Source: Lingula anatina (taxonomy: Eukaryota; Animalia; Brachiopoda). From it: a stretch of 64,000 bases of DNA. The stretch is taken from contig CM120642.1 in NCBI GenBank assembly GCA_051362555.1, forward strand, positions 24,552,001 to 24,616,000. Direction: 5' to 3'. Below are positions 13,546 through 26,194 of the stretch, one piece after another. How positions within the stretch are numbered: the stretch's first letter is position 1; every line of letters begins with the position of its first letter. The position numbers and the translations under genes are program-made. A model generated the notes under the pieces. It was given only the letters and a program-made list of their open reading frames with translations. It did no database searches and was not told the origin of the DNA.

Positions 13546-14079
13546 ACGTATATTATTCAGGAAATTCGAATCAGAAAGGAAAAGAACCTACAAAGTGACT
13601 GGACAGTTATAATTCAATTTTTGCACATTTTGCTAAAGTATCGAACGAATAAAATACCACGTAAATCAACACCGGCTTGGATTCTTCTGATTAAGCCCCC
13701 ATCTCCATCAGTGTGGGTTTGATTAACACCACTATGTGAATGTGCGCTTATACAGTAACACAAAATTTAAAATGGTTATTTTGTTACACTGGCAACAACG
13801 ATCTTCGCCTAGTTTTTCAAATTATATTGCATGGAAATGCAAAAGGTTGAATAAACTGTTTTAAAATAAAGGACTAATGTTTTACTGAGAATAAGGATTT
13901 TTATTTTCTGATTTTGAATTTTTCTTTTTAGATTCATTTTTAATTCCTTTTTTGTTTGTTATTATTATGATGATGATTATTATTATTATTATTGCAAACC
14001 CATAATGGCTGTTAAACGCACCTATCAGGGATTGAAGCATAGAGTTGACCAGCTGAACAGTTGACTGAATAAAAACTAA

Positions 14080-14463
14080 CTCTGTAGCTATGAATTCTTG
14101 CCATTTGAGATAATCTATAGTTGTCGACAATTCTGTCGTCCTGATGTGAATATGTGAAAAAATATAATAATAAGTTAAGCGATAACTCATCCCTACCACT
14201 CCACCATCTGCCTATAGTGCCAATGACGCCCCCCCCCCACCCCCTCACTTTTTCTTCCTCAGACTCCCCCCGGGCCAAGTTTCACTTGAAGCTTAATATG
14301 AAACGCAAATTAAAATGCCGACAGTCTGCGACATCTATAAAGACATAAGGTATTCAAAGAGATGAACACAAAATCAAACATGTTAAAGTTGATTTCACGC
14401 ACACCTTAAGGTTTCTTACAAAGAAGTTTTCAACAGAATACAGTATTCATTTGTTTCTCATTT
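14080..14463 (-). pseudogene. Duplicated fragment of ADA2 paralog 2 (3' part of intron 1 plus start of exon 2), frameshifted
   Basis: Colinear, same-strand similarity to 25456-25833 (ctctgtagctatgaattcttgccatttgagata...gtcctgatgtgaa...acagtctgcgacatctataa...tttgtttctcattt). Encodes DDRIVDNY / YLKWQEFIATE with a small deletion breaking the frame. Confidence 0.85.
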
Positions 14464-14936
14464 GTATGACAGGATGCATGGATTAAAGTCAGTCTGTTCA
14501 TTGCATTTTCCTCCAAGTCGTCAATGAGAAAACAGTATAGTTTAACACACTGGTAGAATATGCTTTTAAAACAACCCACTGTAGTTCAATAATTAATTTA
14601 CTTACATTAGCATTCCGCATTTTATTCAAATTTATGCATGGAAATCAGACATTTTTACGGGCGCATCGTATGCCTGACGTAGGTGACGACTTACCATGGA
14701 GATTTTGAATAGTAGGAACCTTACGCAGCGCTACTGTAGGCTTTTCACAGGGGGCTTTAGCGGATGGGCGTACGCAGTTCCTAGTGTTCAAAATCTGTGT
14801 GACAAGACTCAAACACTGGATGACAAGTAATCACTTTTGTCCGGTATATATACTGGACACGGCGCACGTTTCACCGCAGTCACGCCAAGACCACAGACCA
14901 AGTCACGGGGCGACCACAGTAGCAGACTGGGACAAC

Positions 14937-16061
14937 ATGACCGGCATCGTCGACAGCTCCACACCAAAGCCTGACAGCGAATGCTACGCTATGGAGGGCG
15001 ACGTCGGGTGTGCAGACCCGGAGAACCAACGGCCTCTGAAACTGAAAATCAAGCCAAACAAGGCTAACAAGCAGGGATGCTGTAAACGTTGCTTGGGGGG
15101 CGGTTTCCTCAAGTCGTGCTACACGTATACGGTTACTCTGCTCCTGCTACCGCTTATCATGACAGTGACGTACATGTCCTACACTTGTAATAATGAAAAT
15201 GTAGAATACGGCGCTCAAGGTAGGCATGCGTCACATTGTCTTCTAGGTGTTTCAAAGTCGTATTAAGGGAAAATTGATAACAGGTTGAAGACCCCGGCAA
15301 GATGGTAGGCAAATATGCTTTGGAAAAGAGCAATGCTGACTTTCAGGCAATATAGTTTGTCTAAAGAAGAAAGTGAGTTACTAAACGAAGTTTAGCCAAG
15401 CGTTAACTTAGTCGAAGATTGTTCAAAGAATCATAAAATAGTGTTATTTTCATTTTAAAGACTAAACGCCGGTAAATATGATTTATTTTTCAGCCGATAT
15501 CGTCAGCTGTGCTGACCTGGGAGCAGGGATGTTCTGTCCAGCCAACTGTCAATCTCCCGTCTACTCAGTATGTCCCCAAGGTTACCAGGAGAATGGACTG
15601 CCCCCAGCCATTCTCCGATGCCCCCGAGGAACTGTTTGCTCCGCACCTAAAGAGGGCGTGGTTGGGTGCGTGGATAAAGGCGCCTGCTATAATACGGGTA
15701 AGGCATGTAACGTGTTATTCGTATCAAAGTTTATAAATGACTTTTAATATAAAGCAGTTTTTATTTTGCTTCTTCTGAATAGAATGTGATTAAAAAATGA
15801 GAGTAAAAATCACAAACCTTTTTGTTTCTGTTCATTTATGAATCAAATTTCAAAGATGTGTAATTGAACACCATTTTATTATTTCTCAATTCCATTCTGT
15901 TGATGTCTAAATTGTCGTCCATTTACTGAAATTTATGTGAATAAGTGTTTCATTAACTTCACATTACCATAGGTGGTGGCGCTGTACCAGTAGCTGCTCC
16001 GCTCCTTAACCGCGTGGATGTTGACCAGGAACGGACAGGAAAACCCAACAACAGCCCATAA
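14937..16061 (+). CDS. Uncharacterised type-II membrane protein A with extracellular 8-Cys module (~191 aa, 3 exons)
   Basis: Exons 14937-15219, 15494-15697 and 15973-16061, all phase-1 GT-AG and open throughout. TATA-like tatatata at ~14845. Basic/Cys juxtamembrane KQGCCKRC, then hydrophobic YTVTLLLLPLIMTVTYM. Exon 2 = SCADLGAGMFCPANCQSPVYSVCPQGYQENGLPPAILRCPRGTVCSAPKEGVVGCVDKGAC, clearly paralogous to 19102-19302. Confidence 0.8.
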
Positions 16062-18216
16062 AAAAGTAGGATCGATGGTCAAAGAAAGTCGACCTTAGTT
16101 ATAGAACGGGACAAGAATTAGCAGTTAACATTGCTGGATTCATTAAATCGTCGAATCGACAAGAAATACTTTGTAGTATATCTGCACAATAATCATCACA
16201 TTGATTTCGATAGGGGCCAGATGCTTCTTTCAACTCATAGATCTCAACTTCATTGTTCACTTAGGCCGGTATATTTCAAAACTGTCTATAAAGCTCTTTG
16301 GTATTTGACCTCTGCTGGACTTATTGTGCCAAGGTTGCCATATTATGAGCCTTTGGCATGAGAATAGCTAAATGATTAAAATGATTGACATTTAAAGTAA
16401 AGAAGTGAGAATTGGACGCTCGGGATATTAAAATTAGCCTCATGATGAACATAGATATATCTACAATTTTTCTCACATTTAAGAACTTGATAGTATTCTG
16501 TTGTTGCTGTTTTCCCAAATTGATGCACATGTATGCACCTTGTGTTATAAATTTGTTATAAAAGCATAAAAAATGTCTTCTTTTTTGTATTTAAATAAGT
16601 AATGGATTTAAAGGGAGTCGACGATTGGTTTAACTAAAAGCTGGCCTCGCAGAAATGTGCAGAAATAAAACCTTTACAAAAATGATGAGTACGTTATCTT
16701 AAGGAAATTTGGCCCTATTTGGGGCGAACAGTAAATAAAAAATACTTTAAAACAATTCTCCATTACCACCGCTTCCTTCGAGAAATAAAAACGACGTCGA
16801 ACAGTTGCCTATACGCTTCTAGCCAATAACACGTCTCGGCAGTAGTACTACTTGTAGAACAGAAATGGCGAGAAAGCGATCGAAAAAAAAACTGAGCTTT
16901 TTTTTTTTATAAATTTGATTTAAAAAATTCATCATTTTACATTCATTTTCTCAAATGATTCTTATTAGGTATATGATTTGGCATTCATGAATAAAAGAGA
17001 CCAGGTTTCAGGAAAAATAAATCTTTTAGTTATATTACCATACATAAATCGGTAAAACCTCTTTGAAATTTTCGATTTATAATGCCGCTCCCCCCCCCCC
17101 CCCCGTGGGTAATGGGCAGCTGGGGGGGGGGAGCTTTAGAAAGTATGAGAAGGTTAAGTATACGTTAGATATACCAACCAGTATTAGATATATCAAGGCA
17201 GTAATCTTAGAAAGGGGATCTGAAAGAGTGGACCTTTTTATCCCTTTGTTTGATCCAGCTTGGAAAATGTCGTAGAACCTAAATAAATTTTGATAAAGAG
17301 CGAATCGTTTCCGGCCAAAAGGGCGTTTTATTTTTCGACCCCAGTGAACACCTACTCCCGTCTACTGGCCTGCCATCTTACATAACAGCTTTCTCATCAG
17401 TCTGATCTTACTATATAATGGCAGGAGAGGCAGAAAAATAATTTCTTTTCCAAAATCCAGAGACCGCAATGGTTACACGTTTGATATATTTACACAAACA
17501 GTCAAGAATCATTCATACCTTTTATTTATTTATTTATTTATTTATTTTATAATAATTATTATTTTATTTATTTATTTATTTATTTTTTGTAATTAGCTTG
17601 ATTTTCATACAAATGCTAGCTAAATTCTTTAGTTCTATAACTAAATTCGGAGGTAGCCTCTAGCTCGTCTCTCTCTTCTCTTCCCTAAACCTCATAAATA
17701 AGAACAAAAAAGAGACAAATCAGCTACTTTTCTATCCGTTAAAGTCAAACCGCCCTTGTCCCCCATTTATGCTAATTGTTCTTGTACCTTACCCAAAAGT
17801 AAGATTTGAAATATTTGGAAATCACAAGCAAAATAGAGGAAGAAAAAAATAGAGGAGCAAAAAAAAAACAAACAAATGTTTATATCCACAAAGGGCCTCA
17901 GTCAATGGTCGGGAAATTGTACCAAAGAATTGATCAGAAATGCCAAGACTTTGTAAATTCTATGGCAGCCATCGGTCCTAAAAAACAGGGCGCCTGGACA
18001 GACAGGGATGGAGAGAGAGTGACAGAGAGGGAGATTAACTCATTAGGCAAAGATATCGAGCTATCCCGGAACAGCCAGTGAGATGTACTCATGCTGAGCA
18101 GTTGTCGCCCTACCTCAGAGTGAGACATATAAATGTTGGTGACAGTTCAGTCCTCGCACAACGCCCGAGGTTCTAACGAGGAGAAGTTCAACACGCGGAA
18201 TCGCGTCAAGGAGAAA

Positions 18217-20456
18217 ATGGCGAGCTATTTTATAGATTCAAAAAGTGGTCTATTACGCACTGGCAAGTTGTCAGAAATCCTTTCGAAGGCCCAGGGTCTC
18301 GTCAAATCGGCAGCGCGCCCGTGCACCTGCCAGCCCGGCACCTGTGCTTGCACGGCGCCCTCAGCGTCTCGCAGCCAAAAATGCCTGAAAGTCCGAGTTG
18401 ACACGGAGGAGAACGCCAAGGCTGGGGTCGGTGAGAAGAGAGGAAGATGGCCGAGGAACAAAGTTGGTGCTTGCTGTGCGATGCTGGTTCTGTGTTTGGT
18501 TATCGTTGGGTTATCGATGGCAATGGTGATGTACGCGTCACGGTCAGCTCTCTTCCCATTCAGGAGATCACTTAGCTACCTCATTGGGAACGGAATAAAA
18601 GGCAAGTAATTCTTTATTATCTCACCAGTAAAATGCGTCTGACCCTGGGTCCATATATTGTAATTATGTGGCCTGAAATCAGTTGGCCTATATTTTCTCA
18701 TAATTTTTCTTCAAACCTACTCTGAAGTGGGTAATATTCTTCACTCTGTGAAAGAGACTAAGGCCAGTACCATAAAAACAACTTAGTCTTGAATCCCAGC
18801 AGCATTTGCAAAATACATAGGAAGGTAGCTCACCTGTTTCTTTTGCTTTCGATTTTTAAACCTAGACTTTGAGTAAAATGTGGTTGTCTGTGCGAAGATG
18901 GAGAAAGTTTTAATTGATGACAATAGCACATTTATTTTAATAACTACATATATTGCAGACCAATCGTTCATAAAACGCCCAAATACTGACATGATATAAG
19001 CCGGCGTTAGGTAATTAGGCTACCTGAGTTCAGCCGACTAAGCTTAACCCAAACACGTTGGTGAAATACAAACTCTTGTGACCTTGACTCATTGGTTTTA
19101 GTTGCCGACAGCTGCTCCGACGTGGGAGTAGGGATGTCCTGTGCCACACCCTGTGAGTCTGCAGCTTATTCTGTATGTCCCCTGAGTTATCAAGAACAAG
19201 GGCTCCCTCCTGCGGTCCTTTCTTGTCCTTGGGGATCGGTATGCTCCACCGCGAGAGAGGGCGTGGTCGGTTGTGTACCCAGGGACACGTGTGCTGTATC
19301 AGGTGAGGTGCAACTTACGAGCCTGGTGGTGGGTACTGTAGTGAATGCAGCTGTGAAATTAATGTTTACAGAAAGTTTTTTTGCTCCCTAATGATATAAA
19401 AAAGTTGGTCTGACTGTCTAAGAAATCGTAAAAGTAAAGTGTATATGACGTACATGTAGGCTTTAATTGACATTTTTGGCGTTTTATAATGTCTATTTTG
19501 TGTAAAACGAGGCCTTAACATTGTGTCTTTCTTTTAAAATGTCGTCACAAGCAGGTGACTTATATCTAAACTTACGTTTTGGATACAAGTTGCTTCATAT
19601 AGACGATTTCCGTACATTTCTTTTTTCGTTCTATACCCCTAGCTGATGTCCTTGCACCAGATACTGTACGTAGCCCCGCCATTACCAATGGACAGTTGAA
19701 CGAAGTAGCTCCGCCCCCAAAAGAAGCCATCCAAGACCAGCACCCGGAACTAGGTACTTAGTATTTACATATATATATTTATAATCAACTTTTAAAACAA
19801 GAAATTGGTCTAATTACTAAAATGACTTTTGTCCAGGAAATTATGAAGAAAATAATACATGTAATTTAAGTATTCGCGACATTTGAGTGTTATGCATACG
19901 TCATAATTTATTTCCTAGTCGACGGAAGAGCGTTGATCTTCATTAAGATAACTGAAATACCTTAATCTTATGCTAGTTTCTTCATACTGTTACAGAACGA
20001 GTCAAAGAAAGGAAACCTGTCAGCGTCGGTTTGGCAATATTTGATTTTCCAGTGAGGGGTTGGCAACGCAACCGGAAGCCAAAAATGCCCAGAAAGTCTA
20101 CCAAACTGGCCGACACCGGGCATAAAAAGCCGACTGCTCCCGAACAGCCAGAAAAGCCGACTGCTCCCGAGGAGACGGAAAAGCCATTTGCTCCCGAACA
20201 GCCAAACAAACCGGGTTTACCCGAACAGCTAGAAAAGCCGATTGCTCCCGAACAGCCAAACAAACCGGGTTTACCCGAACAGCCAGAAAAGCCGATTGCT
20301 CCCGAACAGCCAAACAAGCCAGGGTTGCCCGGACAGCAGCCTCAGAATCCGTCCGATGGTCAGTCAGGAGGAGAAGTTAACAACATAAAAATTCCTGTCA
20401 AACCTGATAATAAATCGCCGGATAGATTTGGTTCCACAAAGGACATCTTGGGTTGA
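18217..20456 (+). CDS. Uncharacterised type-II membrane protein B: 8-Cys module plus Pro/Glu/Gln/Lys repeat stalk (~385 aa, 4 exons)
   Basis: Exons 18217-18601 (GC donor AAG|GCAAGT), 19102-19302, 19643-19753 and 19996-20456, all phase 1 and open. TATA catataaa at ~18125. TM segment VGACCAMLVLCLVIVGLSMAMVMYA. Exon 2 = SCSDVGVGMSCATPCESAAYSVCPLSYQEQGLPPAVLSCPWGSVCSTAREGVVGCVPRDTC. Confidence 0.78.
20127..20342 (+). repeat. Coding 27-bp (9-aa) tandem repeat with 54-bp higher-order unit
   Basis: KPTAPEQPE KPTAPEETE KPFAPEQPN KPGLPEQLE KPIAPEQPN KPGLPEQPE KPIAPEQPN KPGLPGQQP. Confidence 0.9.
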
Positions 20457-22636
20457 TCTAAGACTTACTATCTTTTTATTTGTGCTGGAACAACATTCCT
20501 CGCTGAAGATTTATAAGTCTTATTCCTTTTTGTATGCATTTATTTCAGATCAAAAGACGTAAATACGAATCGTAATGCATGGGTCTTCGTGCTAGATTTA
20601 TGCCTGTCTAGTACTGTTAATTTATTAATTTCACCAGGACACCTGACCTTTATATTCCTTTCTTTAATTTGTCTTTCTTTATTTGTAGACATTTGATGTG
20701 TTTCTTTCTTGACTATACATATTATGGATTACCTCACTGCTTCAATTGTTACATTTTGCACGTGAATTGAATCAATAATTATTACATCAGTTTTAACGTA
20801 TTCTTGTTCGCCTTGTAGTTTCAAAGAGTTTTCAGTCCAAGAGGCTCGTTTTTCTGGCCTTTTGTACAGATATACCTTTGTAGAATGCCATTCAACGTAA
20901 ACCTAATCTACTCGGTCTTGAGTTTTGAGCTTCCTGGATTTAAATAACACGCCTTAAGCCACACAATATTCCTTTTTTTTCATATCGAACTTCCGTTCCT
21001 GTTTTGTAAGTCGAATTAATAATGAACATTACCACATCTAAGGGATGTCATTGTCATGAATTATTTACAAATTTATATTTTAACAGGTCATGGGAACCAC
21101 ACTGCACAAGTGATTACACCGTCTCTCCCCGTCCGACCCCACTCAGAATGGTACCACACCCTGTGAAACCAACGTTTATTTTTCACCAAACAGTCTTTAA
21201 ACTCCCCCTGAACTTAGTTTAACAAGCACCTCAGAATTCAAGTTAATTAAAATCAACAAGTGTCGAATTTAGGTAATGAAATTTGATAAAGGAACTCGAA
21301 TAGTATGTAGTGCATTAATGATACAAAGGTGCTTATTAAGTATAAAAGCAATGGCATGGCTGCTTTTTCAAAACAAAATTGAATAAGCATAATGTACTTC
21401 TAGTTCCGATTCTATACTGTTTACAACTAAATATACACCACCCCATCTATTAAAATTCCTACACGAATTTCTCAAATGAAAACATCTTTTAGTATATTAC
21501 GTAGAATAAAAATTTCAATTTACCGATCTTAGAAATTCTGTTTTGAATTCCATTTTTTTATAAAAGAATGTTTGTCTGTTTATTTTTATTTATTTTTTGC
21601 AAACCCATAATGGCCGTTTCCCCGCACATTTGAGCGATTGAAGCTGTTTGACTTTATGTTGCATATTCGAAATTATTTCGATGCCATTTGACCAGTATCT
21701 ATTCATGTTTGAATAAAAACATACTTGCTTAACTTACGACATTGCCCATCCGTTACATTTCAATTCACCTTTAGCATGTGCAATCAAAGGTACATCAGTA
21801 TTAGTAGTAGTGCATCATTGCTTTTGGTTTCAAATTGACCTGATTTTGGATGACGTAGACACTTACCTTTCCTCTGCCTGATGTTAACTCTTTCTAATGA
21901 GCATTAAAAGAAGAAAATTGCATTTCCTTACTTTACCAACATGTCCTTAAATTACCTGTACCAATATACATTTACGAGTACAAAAATTCTCATCTGTAAA
22001 CAATCAAATGCGTCGCTCAAACAGAAAGTATGAATCGCTTAAGAATATCCCTAATTTCGTTTTATCTAGCTGAACGGATTATAATTTGATTTTCATGAAG
22101 ATATTATTTGCATCAAGCTTTAAAAATATTACTAATAAAATGTGAACAAGTTGCTTTAAAACAAAATAGATGATTAAGATGTTGAGATAATTTTTCACAA
22201 TGAATGCGAAATGGGTCATTTACTTGTTATTAAGGGGTGTCACGCAAATCCACGTTGCATAAAATTATGCATCTGATCGTTCTTGTCGTCGGACCGATGA
22301 TAGTAAAGCAAGCAAAATATTTACGTTTATTAATCAAGAGATTAAAAAACTTCATGTTCGGTATCAACCTGATGTGGATAAATCCCCCAAACTCGTCCAC
22401 ATAATTTCTACATTTGACGTGAAAAACGATGATGATAAAAAGTATTACTAGACTCGAGGTACAGTGCAGATTTCTAATTGCTGTTTTATTCATGTGGCCA
22501 TTTTAATTCCATGAATAAAAAAGATTTAGCTTAGCTTATAAGTCAGGCATAAAATGCGTTCCGTTACTGTCAATTCTGATATTCAGTCCGCTTGAAAGGT
22601 GAAATAAATCATTCTAAATAGTCATTTTCTCATCAC

Positions 22637-25600
22637 TCACAGGTTGCGAACAAAGGTGAACTGGCCGTCAAATGAAATATAGGTGGCACCACCGTCCACA
22701 GACACTGCAACACTCACTGCCTTTGATTTTCCGGCACCCTTTCTATTTCTTCGTCGCAACCCCGACACATTACATGAAACGTGCTGCCCAGAAATGTAGG
22801 ACCCAGGAACGACGACATTTCCAAACTTGCAGCGCACGCCCTTGCAGATACCTTGTTCGAAGTTCCGACCAAACACGTACACTTTGGTAGACCGCTTCAT
22901 AGGACCTTCACGAGGAGCGATTCGGGAGATTGCTGGAGCATTGGTCGAGGCGTCGAAATCTACGGCACATGCCTCTTTCTTTATGTCGGCGATAAATCTT
23001 TGGTACGCTGGTTCCCATTTATCCTTTAGGGCAGCATCTATGTCTTCCTTCGGCATGGTGCTATACTTGAGTGAATTGATGGCAAGGTGCCTCAAATCCT
23101 GGAGGCGAAGCCCCCATCCCATGAACGCTTCGTACCAATCTACAGTGAAATGGTCATAGCCAAAAGTCGCAGGGTCATCCGCACCAAGGATCACGGGCGC
23201 GCCCATTCGAATAAAATTATTGGCAGGATGGTTTCGCAAGTCGGGGACGTAACCAAGCAACTGATTACTGGCAGGGCAAATTTCAATTGCAGTCTGGTGC
23301 TCTTTCAGTTTGTTTAAAAGATAAGGGTGCTTAAAGAAGCCCAGTCCGTGACCGACACGTTTGGCACCGAGTAGCACGGCTTCGTATGTGTTCTGGAGAG
23401 TTCCTACGGGGTCCTTCTTGTTCGTGGAGGACTCCAAATCGTCAGGCCAGTTGGTTTCGCCATTATGCAGGTAAAACGGGACAAGGCTTTTGCCCGTGGT
23501 ATTATCATACATCTTCATAAAGTCATTCATGAAATAAAGGAGGGAGTTGCCTTTGTCCTCTTCCCCTACCATGTCGAAACCACCAATGTAGCTGGGGTAC
23601 TTATGATACAAACGCACAGCCTTCTCCATGTCGCCATACATCTCGCTCACGGAGGCACCTCGGTAAGAGTTGACAATCTTCCGCATCCCAATAAACTCGG
23701 GATTCTTTTTGACGAACCCTTCGATGAATTTGATGTTTTCTTGAAGCTCGTATTCACCCCCAGTTTCATCTATGTACCTCTTGCCGCCTGTGGAGTTATA
23801 TTTCGGGTCGGGGTCCAGGGTGTACAGTCGGCTGGAGATTGAAGACCGTGCCTCGAGATATTGTACGTTCTCTTCCAGCGCTGCCTTCAGGTAACTCTAG
23901 AAGGAAGGACACATGGCACCAATACATACAAGTTTTTTAAAAAATATTATTGGACTTACAATTAAGTCTAACTAAATACCCTTAGTTATTTTATAAGCTA
24001 TACAATAACAGATTAAAAAAATTTATTTAAGGAAAAACACAACTGGGTGATTAACCTTCAAAGTATTAAGGGGTATACTGATATTGTTACGTAAAAGATC
24101 GACTGGTTTTAATCATGGGCGCTTTACTATGAAATACTTAGATACATATTTGCCCAGAATATCAAAATCATCGCAATTCTATTTACTTAGAAAATTAAAC
24201 GAAATTTGAAATCATCCTACCTCTAGATATTTAAATTTAATGTTTACGTTGGCGATGACCTTTGACCCCAGTCTGCTAAACATGGGGTCCATCTCTTCCC
24301 ATCTCCGTGCGCTGTTCGTGGGGTTAACTTTAGCAAACTCTGTCATTGATCCCATCATGGTCATATGCGGCAGAAGTTTTTCTTTGGTATATTTTGGATT
24401 GCTTTTCACTTTTTCCCAACCTTGAAAAAGATATAAGACATATTTATTTTAATGCAACATGGCAAATCTATGGATTGTCCGTTTTTCCTTTAACGATGAT
24501 TTTTATTTTAATAATTAATTAGTTTAAAAAATTTGGTTAATTGATTTATTTGTTCGTTAAAAATACTGCTACAGTCCTATAGTCGAAACAGTCCTAATTG
24601 TATATAATACCGGAAATGACACATATAATTTTACGTCGATTCTGATATTTTTGTTACTTGATAGACAGAGAATTTCAACCCTCCCCCTCCACACTCCCCA
24701 CCTATTTGCATACATGTACTCAATGTAGCATAAGGTGCTTTTGGTTCTTTTGGCTTTTGAGCTCGACTTTAAAACGAGAGATAAATGATTTTGGGGCCGA
24801 AAATTTTCTTGATTGTCATTTTTAGATATTCGTTATTGTTTAGAAAGAGGTAGAAAATCTTCATATACCTAGAGGCTGAGGTCATTCCATATACATATAC
24901 TGAATAATACATGAATAATACACTAAAAGGACAACGTCGCAAGGAACTTTTGCCCAAGAAAATGTCTACATAACGTGACACTGTTTCTACATACCAAAGA
25001 AATTCCTTTGACCTACCTGCCGGTGGGTTAAGAAAGAAATCCAGACGCCATTTTTTAGATTTCGGTACATCCACAGCGACATGGAGGTGCTCAAAGTCTT
25101 CGGAGGCAAAGACGATGTCAAGCATTTTCTTTTTGCTGAGGATATGATCTTAAAAATAAAAAAAAGCATAGCTAAAGAAGATGAATTATCTTTCCAATCA
25201 AGGTGATCACAAGGAAGACGTAAATGTACCTTTGATAAAGGTCATAAATACGTTTAATTTCTTTCAAAACTCTTTGCTATTTCACCTTCTTCTGAATATT
25301 TTTCTTTTAAGAATATACAAGTGATTGTGTTATTAACTCACTTTCATGCAGATGCATGTTTCCACCTTTTGGGAATTTCTTCAAAGTCTTGAAAACTTTG
25401 GAGTTTACAATATCATCAAGGACTCCTTCCAATCCTACCGAGGGTAAGAATTTGTTCTCTGTAGCTATGAATTCTTGCCATTTGAGATATTCTAAGTAGT
25501 TGTCGACAATTTTTTCGTCCTGATGTGAAAAAGTTTTAAAAAAATAATAAGTAAGGCGATAACACTTCCCCACCACTCCATCATGTACCTATAGTGCCCC

Positions 25601-26194
25601 CCCCCCCCACACACACACTTTTCCTCCTTAGACCCACCCCCTCCCACCCAGGCCAAGCTTTAAAGCTAAATATGAAACACAGACTATACCTACAGTCTGC
25701 GACATCTATAACGACATAAGATATTCAAAGAGATGAACACAAAATCAGAAATCATTTTAAAATTGATTTTACGAACACTCTGAGGCTTCTTACAAAGAGG
25801 TTTTCAGTAGAATACAGTATTTGTTTCTCATTTTTGGTTTGAAAGGGAAAAAGAAAAAACATTTTTTTCTATACTGTATAGATTTCCCTCCGCCTGTAAG
25901 GCGGTTGCAGAAATGGTAAAGTTTCGCATATACTTGAATTTCGTGCTTTGCCTTTTTAGCTTGATCTTTGACGCCGTTATTAATTCAAGATGAGAAATAT
26001 TTTCATAGTTTATTTTTTTCTTGTCAAATTCATCATGGACTTACTTCAGTCAGTTCCCTTAGGTGCCCAGCATATTCTTTCTCTTCCCTGATCAACTCAT
26101 CTCTTCGGCGGGAAAACTCATACTCGCTCATGAAGGGCGTTTTTGCCCATACATCGGCGACCAAGATCACCAAAGACATACGAAGAGCAAACAT
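22637..26194 (-). CDS. ADA2: Secreted ADA2/ADGF adenosine deaminase with C-terminal IPT/TIG domain, paralog 2 (~639 aa, 5 exons)
   Basis: Exons 26194-26045, 25519-25342, 25148-25017, 24420-24221 and 23896-22637. The first four are identical in size to paralog 1 (150/178/132/200 nt). Signal peptide MFALRMSLVILVADVWA. The same catalytic motifs are intact (HLHE, HNGET, RVGHG, GADDP). IPT tail PAISRIAPREGPMKRSTKVYVFGRNF...FTFV. Confidence 0.9.

Noticed and set aside
17091-17132. C-run / G-run hairpin
   Set aside because: Homopolymer runs are common throughout the window, with no further support.
20031-20456. PEQPEKP repeats as horizontal transfer from a bacterial surface protein
   Set aside because: Low-complexity resemblance only. 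It splices as the last exon of an intron-containing gene and has no LPxTG anchor.
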